From Mobula hypostoma (Eukaryota): a DNA stretch of 64,000 nucleotides. Positions 11,266 through 23,360 of the stretch are shown here, one piece after another. The notes under the pieces were generated by a model. The model worked only from the letters and a program-made list of their open reading frames with translations. It was not told the DNA's origin and made no database searches. Every line of letters begins with the position of its first letter. Within the stretch, counting starts at the first letter, position 1. The translations under genes were made by a program, and so were the position numbers. The DNA is taken from contig NC_086097.1 of the NCBI RefSeq assembly GCF_963921235.1, forward strand, positions 170,440,001 to 170,504,000, written 5' to 3'.

Positions 11266-12345
11266 ACATTGAGGACTATATTTCCTTTTCTCTCAACTTG
11301 CACTAGTGTTGTTATGTTTATTTTGTGTGTGTCATGAATAATTTATGTTAAACTGAGTGTATTTTAACTTATTTTGTCCTGCTTGTAATGTACTGTGCTG
11401 CTGTTGCAAAAGCTAATTCTTATTGCATTTATACTCTGTGACAATAAACTTGTACTGAGCAAAATCTTTAATTCAATTTTAAATCTCTTCATTAACTTTA
11501 CTTCCATAGTTCTCTAGGGATTGATTTCCAATGATTTAGAAGCCTCTAAAAGGAGAAAATCCTCTACATCCCCAACTTAAATGAATACCACTTTATCCTG
11601 AAAATCTGCTTTGAGTCTGATACCCCCCCAAAATATGAAGCATCCTCTCAGCATCTACCTTGTCAAATCCCCTCACAATCCTTATTGTTTTCATGAGATC
11701 ACTCTCACTTTTTTTATCTTTAATGAATAAAGGCCTAACTTTCTCCCCCTTTCTTTGGAAGACAATTATTTTATTATTAGCCCAGTGGACCTTTCCTGAC
11801 TACCCTACAAAGCAAAGAGGATCTTTGGCAGCAGAATCTGCAGCAAACATCAAGTCCGTATTTATCCTGATCCTACACTAATTCCATTTCTTAATACCCA
11901 TCAAGTGCTCCACATATTCTACCAGTCACCTGCACACTAGTTGAAATTTACTGGAGACAATTAACCTACAAACCTTTAATGGTTTATACCCAGTAACAAT
12001 GAAGTTAGAAACTAATACTGTTATCTCCCAAGTTTAGAAGAAAGAAAGGTGATCCCATGGAAATATACAAAAAATTCTAAGAGAGTTGAAGTGGTAGATA
12101 AGGAATTGATGCTCCCCTTGACTGGGCTATTCATTACCAAGGGTTACTGTCGTAAAACTTCCCCATTTCTAAATGCCAGTAAAGGTCCAATGTGATGTGA
12201 TGTTTTCTTTCTTCACTGCTTGCTCAACCTTACTAATAACATTCATGATTGGGCACAAAAGTACAGTACTTAGATCCTTCCACACTCAAGGATGTATTTA
12301 TAGAGGAGGTAGATATATTTTGAAAAGATCAAAGAACTGAGGTGC

Positions 12346-12560
12346 AACACACACAAAATGCTGGAGGAACTCAGCAGACAGGACAGCATCTAGGAAAAAG
12401 GTACAGTCAACGTTTTGGGTCAAAACGTCCTGCCAAAGGGTCTCGTCCCAAAACGTCAACTGTACTCTCTTCCTAGATGCTGCCTGGCCTGCTGAGTTCC
12501 TCCAGCATTTTGTGTGTGATGCTCGGATTTCCCGCATCTGCAATTTTTCTCTTATTTGTG
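12346..12560 (+). mobile_element. Penelope-derived fold-back insertion
   Basis: Inverted pLTR ends (ACACACAAAATGCTGGAGGAACTCAGCAG / CTGCTGAGTTCCTCCAGCATTTTGTGTGT); perfect 15-bp TSD AAAGAACTGAGGTGC at 12331-12345 and 12561-12575, inside an old CR1. Confidence 0.85.
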
Positions 12561-13109
12561 AAAGAACTGAGGTGCTTTGGGGAACTGGCACAGAAGGCGA
12601 GATGAGGGAGGGACAGATCAGCAATAATCATGTTGATTAGTGGGGAAGATTTGAGGAATTGTACAATACTTTCTTCTGTTCTTGCAGTAATGCTTAAAGT
12701 TATTGATAGCCATAAAATCTGAGTATGAGTGTTTTGTATTTGCTGAGCTGATACTAAATCAACCTTGGGCAGATGACATGCAATGTAAGCCCTCGAGAGG
12801 TTGACAGCTCTTGGAACCAGAAAGATCAATGCAAAGATTTTCCAAATGATATCCAAATGGGACCTGTGGAGGAGAAAACAGGATGGAGAATCATTAAAAC
12901 AGTGCTCAGATTCAAAGATCAATCAGCAAGCTAATGGAATTCTGGCCTTCATCTCAAAAAGCTGGAATAGAAAGGGAAGGGAATTATAATTGCTAGCAAT
13001 TGATCTTGGGTCAGTTGCATTAAGCACAGTCACCCCTCTTCCTTGTCATTCATGGTGAGTGACTTGGAACGTCCAGTCACCTGGTAGATGCAAATAAGAC
13101 AGGGCATCA

Positions 13110-13430
13110 ACATAATTGGGGGATCGTTCATCGAGCAATTCCATTTCATCCGCTAAAAGCAGAATTTCCCAGTGGCCAAATATTTTGATTCTGATTCCCA
13201 TTCCCATTCTGACATGTCAGTCCATGATCAAGATGTGGCCTCACTCAGGGTGGAGAAGCAACACCTTATATTCTGGCTGGGTAGCCTCCAACCTGATGTC
13301 ATGAATATTGATTCCTCCTTCTGGAAAAAAAATCCCTCCTCCCCCCCTCTTCTTCTATTCCCCACTCTGGCCTACAACCTCTTTCGCTTGGCTATCACTT
13401 TCCCCTGGGTGCTCTCTTCCTTCCCTTGAT
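13110..13430 (+). mobile_element. Penelope-like GIY-YIG endonuclease C-terminal fragment
   Basis: LRVEKQHLIFWLGSLQPDVMNID. Confidence 0.75.
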
Positions 13431-14839
13431 AGATGTTGTCTTCTTAAGACTTCACTAATGTAGATATTACTGATGGTGGGGAGTGCTGTGCCCTTGATTT
13501 ATTGGACAGAGTACATGCAGTACTCTCTGCAGCTTCCTATGTTCCTGCACATTTCAAGTGCCAAACTAGAACACAATGCAACCAGTCTGGATACTCTCAA
13601 AAGTACAGCTGTAGAAACTTGTTAAAGTATTCCATGACAAGTTGAAATTTTTCTTAGTTTCCTAAGAAAGTAAAGACATTGGTGCAAAATCCTTATGATT
13701 GTATCGATATGCTGGGCTCATTCTCTTATTCTGCAAATGGTAAGGTGGTCTTTTGCATCCACTTGAGGGGCACGTTTGGTTTAACTTCTCAACCATGTTA
13801 ACCTTGTGTGACAGTACAGTGTTGCTTCATAACATATTAAACATCGAACAGTATCCTTCAGCCCATGATAACTTTGCTGAGAATGTTGTCAAAATAAACT
13901 AATCCTTTCCGCCCCAGCATAATCTCTACCCCTACATTCCCTGCAGTATGCCTATCTAAAAGCCTCTTAATTGCTACTATTGCATCTTCTTTGACCAGGA
14001 CCACTGCCAGTCTATTCCAGACATCTACCATTCTCAGTGAAAAATTTACCCCACTCGTTCTCTTTAAACTTCCCTCTCCAACTTAAATGAATATCCTCTA
14101 GTATCTGATATTCTTACCGTGGCAAAAAGATTCTGGCTGTCAACTTGTTCCATGCCTATTAGCACTCCCCTCAGCCTCTGGCATTACAGAAAAAAAATTC
14201 TAATTTTGCCCAACTTCTCCTTATGGCTAAGGGATGGCTTTTTAGAACTGCTTGTTGTTGAGCCCACTAGGGGATCAACTTTGCTGGATTGGGTGTTGTG
14301 CAATGATCCAGAGGTGATAAGAGAACTTAAGGTTAAGGAACAGTTCCTTAGGGAACAGTGATCACAATATGGTCAAGTTCACATTGAAATTTGAGAGGGA
14401 GAAAATAAAATCCAATGTGTTGGTATTTCAGTGGAATAGAGGAAATTACAATGGCATGAGAGGGGAACTGGCTGAAGTTGACTGGAAAGGGACATTGGCA
14501 GGAAGGACAGCAGAGAAGCAATGGCTGGAGTTTCTGTGAAAAATGAGGGAAGTGCAAGACAGATATATTCCAAATAAGAAGAAATTTTCAAAGGGAAGAA
14601 GGACACTACTGTGGCTGACGCAGACATCCCACCTCTCCTGGAAGTTCCAAGAATCTCCCGCATATTGATAGTGACTCCCTGACACCCGGAAATTATATAC
14701 AATATCACGGACATTGATTTTTTGAGAAAGAAAGGGCGAGGGACAGCAAGTGTCCTGATTGGTCTCTCTTTGTACTAAGAGTGGTCCCCAATCACCAGGC
14801 CGCGAGGAAACGATATGAGTCAGCTGCACCTTTCCCCAT

Positions 14840-15545
14840 TCCCTGTCATGCACTGTTGAGCTTGAACGCATGTGAGGTCATTACCCGCGCGTCATCCATG
14901 TCAGCGCGGGAAGGAGATCAACTCCTCGAGCTTGCAAATGACGGCAGGCTGAAAAGTATGTTTGACATAACATTTCTGCAGGCATTCTGGATCGAAGTCA
15001 AGGCTGAATATCCTGAGGTAGCCACGAAATCACTGAAAACGTTGCTTCCATTTCCAACATATCTCTGCAATGAATGCAACGGAAACTAAATTGCGGAATA
15101 GACTGGACATAAGGAACCCCCTTCGAGTATCGCTGTCTCCCATCACCCCTCAATGAGACCGTCTTGTTGCAGGGAAACAAGCCCAAGGCTCCCACAGATT
15201 CAGCGATATTGGTGTGTTGCAATGATTTTATATGTTCATACGAGGAAAATATGTGCTGTGTGTTTAATATCCAAACATTACTTAAAATGTTATGATGCTA
15301 TTGACTTATCACTATATTCATGCGAGGAAAATATGTGCTGTGTGTTTAATATTAAATTCATTAGAAAAACCCTTTTAGAAATGAAATTGAGTGTATTAGC
15401 CACTTATAAGTGACTCATAGTTGATTTATCACCTATATTGCGGTCGTGATTAACAACGCCACCCCCCCGCAACCGGGTCAGCCGGTCTGCAAGAATATTG
15501 TCAATGTTAATCGGTAAGTGGTGCAAAAAAGGTTGGGGACCCCTG
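14840..15545 (+). mobile_element. hAT (Charlie/Buster-type) transposase C-terminus and right end
   Basis: QLLELANDGRLKSMF...FWIEVKAEYPEVATKSLKTLLPFPTYLC (hAT dimerisation domain); right TIR AAAAAAGGTTGGGGACCCCTG ending at 15545; no left TIR found. Confidence 0.82.
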
Positions 15546-15620
15546 TCCTACGTGATGAGGCCAAACTCCCTGTAGACTTGCTTAAAGTTGTAATAGAATA
15601 AACATGATAATATAAGTACA

Positions 15621-15697
15621 TCCTGGCCTGCTGCGTTCACCAGCAACTTTGATGTGTGTTGCTTGAATTTCCAGCATCTGCAGAATTCCTCGTGTTT
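15621..15697 (+). mobile_element. Penelope pLTR 3'-end fragment
   Basis: CCTGGCCTGCTGCGTTCACCAGCAAC...GCATCTGCAGAATTCCTCGTGTTT, near-identical to 53393-53468; flanked by TACAT repeats. Confidence 0.75.
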
Positions 15698-16088
15698 ACA
15701 TATTTTAATGTCACATTTTCTGCATATACCCAACTTGGTTTACAGATTAGACAAAATCACTAAACAAGGCATTACATACACCCTTGGAGGTCGACCGGGG
15801 GGGGCGGGGTGGGGGGGTTATATGGGGTTGCAGGGGACGGGGGTGCTACCTCCCTGAAATGAGTTTTTTCAGGGTGGGACGTCTGCTGACTAGTGAGGTG
15901 AGAGCCAAAGTAAAAGCAAAAGAGAAGGCATACAAGGAGGCCAGAGCTAGTGGGAAGACAGAGGATTGGGGAGCTTTTAAAAACTTGCAGAAGGAAATTA
16001 AGAATGTCATTTGGAAGGAAAAGATGAATTATGAGAGAAAGCTGGCAACTAATATCAAAGAGGATACTAAAAGCTTTTTTAAGGACAT

Positions 16089-16372
16089 CTCTCTTCTCTT
16101 CTGCTATCCATTGATTTTCAATGTTGACTGAGGCCTGGGCAAGGTTGTATGGAAGACCGGCAGTTGCCCATGCTGCAAGTCTCCCCTCTCCATGCCACCA
16201 ATGTTGTCCAAGGGAAGGGCACTAGGACCCATACAGCTTGGCACCAGTGTCGTCGCAGAGCAACATGTAGTTAAGTGCCCTGCTCAAGGACACAACACGT
16301 TGCCTCAGCTGAGGCTCGAACTAGCAACCTTCAGATCACTAGACCGACGTCTTAACCACTTGGCCACACACC
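16089..16372 (-). mobile_element. tRNA-derived CORE-like SINE
   Basis: Box A TGGCCAAGTGG (16356-16366), box B GTTCGAGCC (16313-16321), TGTGTCCTTGAGCAGGGCACTTAAC CORE-like motif, GAAGA-type tail. Confidence 0.75.
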
Positions 16373-18292
16373 ACGCATAAAGGGTAAAAGAGAGTCGATG
16401 GGTAGATATAGGACCAATACAAATGACACTGGAGATACTGTAATGAGAGATGTAGAGATGGCAGAGGAACTGAATGCGTATTTTGTATCAGTCTTTACAG
16501 TGGAAGACGTCTGCAGTGTACCAGACATTCTAGAGTGTCAGGGAAGTGAAGTACTGTATGTGCAGTGAAAAGTACAACTAAGGAAGTGCTCAGGAAGTTT
16601 AATGGTCTGAGGGCGGATAAATCTCCTGGACCTGATGGGATGTACCCTTGGATTCTGAAGGAAGTAGCTGGAGAGATTGCAGAGGCATTAACAATGATCT
16701 TTCAAGAATCGATAGATTCTGGCATTGTACCGGATGACTGGAAAATTGCAAATGTTATTCCGCTATTTAAGAAGGGTGGGAGGCAGCAGAAAAGAAACTA
16801 TAGATCTGATAGCCTGACATCAGTGGTTGGGAAGTTGTTGGAGTTGATTGTTAGGGATGAGTTTACAGTGTACGTGGAGGCACATGACAAGATAGGCCAA
16901 AGCCAGCATGGTTTCCTGAAAGGAAAGCCCTGCCTGATAAACCTACTGCAATTCTTTGAGGAAATTACAAGCTGGTAGTTATTTTTTACTGTCACATGGA
17001 CCGAGATATAGTGTAAAGCTTTTAATTGTGTATCATACAGACAGATCATTCCATACATAAATATATCAAGGTAGTACAAATGGAAAAGCAATAACTGAAT
17101 GCAGAATATAGTGTTACAGTTACAGAGAAAATGCATTGTAGATAGAAAAAGAAGGTGTAAGTGCCATAATGTGGTAGATTGAGAGAAGAAGTGCGGAGAA
17201 GAGAGACTGACTGAGTGTGGGGAGTCTTTGGTTATATTGCCTGCTTTCTCATGGCAATGGGAAGTGTAGACCAAGCCAGTGGAATGGAGGCTGGTTTCTC
17301 TGAAGAACTGGGCTGTGTTCACATCTCTGCAATTTCTTGAGTTCTTGGGAAGAACAATTGGTGTACCAAGCTGTGATGTACCCAGATAGGTTACTTTCTA
17401 TGGTCTTTGAGGACATAGGACATTTTCTTAGGGGACAGAGATGAGGGTATGCTTTCTTTGCAGTATATCTATGTCATAGAGTCTTTGGCATAAAGCAGAG
17501 AAACAGACTCTTTTGTCCTCAGAGTTTGTGCTGAACAGTTAACCCCCCACCCCCTTACACTAAACCTATACTCATCCACCTGGAATGTAAAGAAGTTAAC
17601 TCACCACAAGCTTCTCAAAAGCAATGAGGCATGTGGTTTATTAGAGATATCAACACCATGAGAATAAAGAAAAAAATAAACTGCTCTGCTGTAGAATTTA
17701 TGAGAATCTGCATTGTTGAAGAGTGGATTTAGAATTAGCCTAACAGGCAACATTAACTTGCAAATGTTTATGTCTGCTGGTATTTGCGGTAAATTGATTG
17801 TGTCACTTGAGTGCAATTTAAAATCAGCTTCTTATACTGTATGTGACGGAGCACCAGGGAGCTTCATTACTGATGGAATTTTCTGGAATAAATTTGCAGA
17901 GTTTCTGACTCCCACTCAAGTGGCATGAAAAAGGAATGAGTTTTGATCTGTGGAGAAACGCTGTGGAGACCACACCATGTGCCGTACTGGTCACCTAACT
18001 GTGGGAACGATTCACAAGGAGGATACTGGGAATGGAGTGCTTGATTTGTAAGGGAAGGCTGGATAGGCTGGGGATTTTTTCCTTGGGACGCAGGAGACTG
18101 AGGGGTGACCTTATGGAGATATATAAAATTGGGGAGCAGAAATAAGGTGGATGGTCATGGTCTTCATGCCAGGGCAGGGGAATCTAGATATAGAGCGTGT
18201 AGGTTTAAGGTGAGAGGGGAATGATTTAAAGAGACCTTCTGTTATCATTGACTAACTGAATAGACACTCTTACTCTTTCCTCAATCACTTTA

Positions 18293-19244
18293 TGTCACGG
18301 TCCAATCCGTGGACTCCGGACTCCGAGTCTTCTGGCTGTCCCTTGTTTCATTTGGGCTTAATCATAGGCATCTGATGCTCGTCTTGGAGCTGGGAATATA
18401 AGTGGCCCTGGGATTGAGTGTGGGTGCTGGTTTGTCTTGTCAGTATGCCCTTGGAGCAATTGGCTGGTGGAAGGCTAGAGCAGCTGTTTGTGATCTCTAG
18501 GCCTGGTTGGAGGACCACTGCTACATGGAGCCTTGTTGTCTCTAGTTGGAGCTGTCATCATGGTATGGATTTGACTGTTTCTGGGGCCAGCTGAGTGGCT
18601 GTCTGCCACTCTGAGCTAGATATGGATTTGGCTGTTCGTGGCCAGCCAGGGTTGCTGGTTGCCCTGAGACTTGGAGCCACCCTGGATTGAGCTCCTTTCC
18701 TGTCCTTACCTCTGTTGGGTAAGCCAGGCTGTCTTTGCTATTACCCTGAGGCTGGACTGTTCCCTTCCCCTCTCCATCTGAATCCCTGGTGGTTTATCTC
18801 GGTAGTCATCCTGGCCCCGCATCCTAGTAAGCATCCTGGCCTGATGTTGAAGGAAGGGGCCGCCCCTGTGAAAGGATCCTGGCCCTGCATCCTAGGAACA
18901 GTCCTGGCCCTGTACTCTAAGGAGGAGTCCTGGCTCTGTTCTCAAGGGCCTAGCTGAGCTGAGCCTTCAAGAACCCAAGCCTGCGTCCAGTCCTGTAGCC
19001 ACGTCATGTCCTGGCCTAGTTCTGGGGCCTGAGCCCAAGGCAAGACCCAGGTTCTGGGTCCTTGTCCATTCTCTGGCTTGGAGTCTAAGCCCAGGCTCCT
19101 TGTTCCCAGTCCCTTGTCCTGGTCCTGCTTTCCTAGTCCAAGTCTGTGTTCCTGTCCCAGCTCCTAGTCTGTGTCCAGTCCAGTTCCCAGTACTTCAGTG
19201 TCTGTCTTGATTTGGGTCCGCCCATCAATGCCCTCTGTATGACA
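18293..19244. mobile_element. Solo LTR (Gypsy-like)
   Basis: TGTCA...TGACA termini; perfect 5-bp TSD CTTTA (18288-18292, 19245-19249); both ends homologous to 45243-46034. Confidence 0.82.
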
Positions 19245-19399
19245 CTTTATTTACTTGCTCACTAGAACAGTTCAGCCCCCATCACTAAATCATCCTGAAG
19301 TACAGCTCATGATTGTTGTTTTTAATATGATATGATTTACAGGAAGATGTTTTCTGCTTGGCAGTGCAGCCTGCTGCACTTTCAGCAAAGCCCTTGGGT

Positions 19400-21390
19400 C
19401 AGCTACATGGCTGTCAGCCAGGGGCCATCGATCACTGATGTTTCACTCCCTTAGCCTTGGTATGTCTCCTGGTGGCAGAGCAGTGGCAGGGATGACTCCT
19501 GTCACCCCCCAGCCACTTTCAATAAGGTTAGTCAGTCCCCCAATTTCTGTCCTTCCTCCTCAACCACACCCAAAAGCTGCCCATTTCTGCTTCTTCCAGC
19601 CAACACTCCTGAGCATCACTCCAGTCACTGCCATATCACACAATAATCTTGTCATCAATGTGTTGATGAAGACCTGGCATCTTACCTCCACAGGGTAGAT
19701 GATGGTTATCCAGTCAGCTTCCTTACACCCAGCTGCCAGGTCTGAGAACTTCAGCCTCTTTTGCTTGTGGGCAGCCTCCACTCCTTTCTCCCATGGGATG
19801 GTTAACTTAATGAGGAGGATATCTTGGCAGTCATGGACCACTCTATTATGTCTGTGTGAAGAGATGTGGGGAACTGTAGCTGTCTGTTGAGATCTGCCCT
19901 CGTGTTCCACTCCTTGCCTGTGGAGAGGAGCCCTGAAGGAACTCTTGGGTGGGAGCATTCAGCATTCTTACCTGCCGTAACAAATGGAGCGAGCTGTCAT
20001 CCCAGCACGGTAAAGCATCCTGCTTGCATGTCTCTGTGACCTCTGCCAGCTTCTTTAAGACCTGGTTATACTGCCATCTGTAGCGCCCCTGGGACAGCAC
20101 AGTCTTGCATCCTGCCAGGATGTTTTAAAGGTTGGCATTGGTGGTATCATACAGGGAGCAGCTATCCTCACTGCTGAACCAGTGGTGAAGATTTTGGGGC
20201 CGGGCAAAGGGTGCTCTGATGAGGAAGGTGAGTCTGGCTTGTGGGACCTTCCACAGGTCAGACCAGCTGAATGTCCTATCGATAGTGCTTTCCCATGTTG
20301 TCCATCTTCCCTGGCGGCCCTGTCCGGCTGCCTTCACCCTGTAACACTCGCGCTCTGTCCTTGTCACCTCCTCTATTACCATGACTTTTCTCTTTCTTCG
20401 AAGCCTTGGACCAGAAGCATGCTGCCTTCCCCCAGCCAAATCCTGCATGTCCAGCCTGGACTCTGCCGTGGTGCAGCCTGTTGATGGTTTGGTCTACTTC
20501 AGCTTGAACTCTCCATTTACAGTTGGTATGGATTGAGGTATTGGTATTCCTCACCAGCAGGTCAGTAGGCTCACTCAGCTCAACAACCAGTCAGGTTTTC
20601 TCCACTTGTACTCCAGCCTAATGGATCTCAGTGGCAGGTGCAACATATTCTTCCTGAAGAGGACAGTGTCCGAGATCTACCAGGCAGCCCCACCCATTTC
20701 CAGATGTATGTGTTGACTATCCCATCCATCCTACCGGCTGTTGATGAGGAGATTTTACGTTTTTAGAGGCCAGATCACCCTTTGGTACTGTGTGAACCGA
20801 TAGCACCACACCTTATACTTTCCAGATAGTTGGCTGTAGTTGATTCTGGCCAGGCTCTCTGTGGGCTATTCCTGTGCTATTTTTCCCATCTGCCTATCAG
20901 AGAACTCTGCGGTGTACTACCTCCCAAGGCTTCGGATGGACTGCCTGCCCAAAAATGGGATTTCCTTGCGCCCTACAACAAAGGTGATATTGTTGCTTCT
21001 GATGCCTTTTCGGAGGGATAGGCTTTGCGACTTGGAGGGCTTGATCTTCAACCTTGCCCATGTCACTAGCTTGTTCAGTTTCTTCAACACCTTTCTAGTG
21101 CATGGAGCCATCTGAAGCATGCTTGTGACATCATCCATTTTAGCTACTCAGTGGAGGAAGTCTCTGTCCTGACTATAGCTTTATACTTCCAAACACTTCT
21201 TTGCTCCAATAAGCATGATCTCGAAGGCTGCGACATACAGGACGGAGAGATGTAACACCCCATTGTGATGCATACTTCGGGAGTCTGGCTCCCCATTGTA
21301 AAGTCTTGAAATCTGGAAGTCACTGAAGTAATAGGAAACCAGTCCTCTAATGCAGTCAGGAATATTAATGTAATAGAACCTTAGTGCACT
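19400..21390 (-). mobile_element. Hero-like non-LTR retrotransposon with restriction-like endonuclease (RLE), decayed and 5'-truncated
   Basis: RT MDDVT...KLVTWARLKIKPSKS; GRQGRWTTWE; degenerate Zn knuckle followed by QGRYRWQYNQVL; RLE LIKLTIPWE...KRLKFSDL...IYPVEV. Confidence 0.78.
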
Positions 21391-23039
21391 TCAGAATCCC
21401 ATTATTTGTACATTTAAGTATCACTCATAATAAATACAGTATTTCAGGTGTTAATAACTGAAATACAGATAAAGAACAAAAATATTGGGAAATTAAATAA
21501 TTGTCCAATAGTTGGTAAATGCCATTAAGCTTTCGTTGGCATCTTTATCCTGCCTGCATATGTCTGGTGGTCTTGTTTTTCAGGCTTGAGTAGAAAATTA
21601 GTGCAAAGAGGAGCTAGTTTGCCAAAGTTTGAGTTTAACTTGGCAGGCACGTTCAGCCAGGGTGACTGTACAATGTCTGCAGAGTGTACACCCCTGTCAG
21701 TACACCATCTTAACCCTTGTTGCAACTTCCACACTTTGGTGCAACACACACAAAATTCTGGAGGAGCTCAGGAGGTCAGGCAAAATTTCAGGGTAGGTTT
21801 CACACATATAGTGGGTCTGTGGAAGTTGGTGGAGGTGGTTGCAATTACAGCATTTAAAAAAACATTTAGACAGTCCATGGATAGGAAAGATTAAAAAGGA
21901 TATGGACCAAAAGCAGGGTCAGGTAGCCACCTCTGTGGGCTGTGGGACCTGTTTCTGTGCTGTGACTCAAAAACAGTGGAAGGATGAAATGGCTGAGGGT
22001 TTTCCTTCAGCCATTTCGTCAGTGGGACTGAACCTTGGAAAACCCTTGGAAGAGGAAGAAAATGGGAATTGGTCAAGAATTAGCACTGAATGAGGGGAAG
22101 GGATGTGCTTACTGGGGAAGAGACTGAAACTTCAGCTTCTTTTCCATGGATTCTGTCTAAACTTCTTGCTGCCTCAGTAAAATAGCTATCTAAATGACCA
22201 CCTAACCCAGCCCTCCCATCAGGCAGAAGATATAAAAACCTGAAAAGCACATGTTGCCAGGCTCAACGAGTTTCTATCTCTCTATTATAAGATAAGTTCG
22301 ACCTTGACCTCACAATTTATTTGTCATGGTCTTGCATCTTATTATCTGTCTGCACTGTACTTTCTCTAAACTGCAGAACTTTATTCTGCATTCTGTTATT
22401 GTTTTCCAGTGTACTGCCTCGATGCATAGATGTGATGAATCGATCTGTATGGATGGCATGCAAATCAGTGTCTTCACTGTACCTCTGTATGTGACCATAA
22501 TAAACCAGTTTACTAATTTACAGCATTAAAAAAAACACAAAATAAATGGCAGCTGCAGGAAATTCAAAATGAAGCGGGAAAGATTGGAGGCACTCAACAG
22601 GTGATGAGCCAACTATGGGGGGAAAAAAAAGAAATAATCAACACTTCTGGTTTGGAGAAGTTAAATATTTTAAACTGCAGAGGGGGAGAGGTAATTTTTT
22701 CCACTGTCTAGTATAATTTATATTATGTTTGTTCTCTGAAAAATGTGGCTGTGATACTGTTGCAAGCAAGTTGGCCTTATGATCTACTCATCATGATCCT
22801 TGCATGTTATTGTCTGCCTGCACTGTCTTTTCTCTGTAACTGTAACTCTGAATTCTGTTATTGCCTTTCCCTTGTACTACCTCAATGTACTGATGTGATG
22901 AAATAGTCTTTATCATTGGCATGCAAAACAAAACTTTTCACTGTACCTTGCTACATGTGACAATAGTAAGCCAATTTAATATTGTATCTTCCTCACTGTA
23001 TGTGTGCACATGACGATAAATTCAATGATATGAAAACAA

Positions 23040-23360
23040 TGGTGACACAGCCACAGTGCTGCTGCCTCACAGGTCCAGGGGCTTGAGTTCGATCCTGACC
23101 TTGGGTGCTTTGTGTGTGGAGTGTGCACATTCTCTCTGTGGCTGCTTAAGTTTGCTCTGAATGGAACAGTTCTCTCCCACATCAGAGGGTTGGTTAATTG
23201 ACAACTATAAATTGTCTACTAGTTAGTTAATGGGAAGGAAATAATCAAGTGTTGATGGGCATGTATGTGAATAAGATAGAGAAATATGGGCCAAATGAGA
23301 TTGTGTCCCTAGGAGCTAGCATAGACTTGATGGAACAAATGGACTCTTTCTGTGCTATAA
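23040..23360 (+). mobile_element. tRNA-derived V-SINE
   Basis: Box B GAGTTCGATCC; V-domain GTGTGGAGTGTGCACATTCTC...CTCCCACATC; CR1-like 3' end. Confidence 0.65.

Larger units (their letters stand above)
14620..15886. mobile_element. Unclassified non-autonomous TIR DNA transposon
   Basis: TIRs GCAGACATCCCACC / GGTGGGACGTCTGC; TGAC duplicated at 14616-14619 and 15887-15890; removing the element restores the CR1 frame LWLTSEV. Confidence 0.75.
14225..16975 (+). mobile_element. CR1 LINE ORF2 fragment interrupted by nested insertions
   Basis: EPTRGSTLLDWVLCN; WLTSEVRAKVKAKEKAY; KSPGPDGMYPWILKE...NYRSDSLTSVVGKLLE...SQHGFLKGKPCLINL. Confidence 0.85.

Noticed and set aside
14781..15195. Possible domesticated hAT gene (ZBED5/SCAND3-like)
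   Set aside because: Short, disrupted, followed by a TIR and nested in other transposons
16310..16372. tRNA gene
   Set aside because: The A and B boxes continue into a SINE body; the same applies to the V-SINE heads
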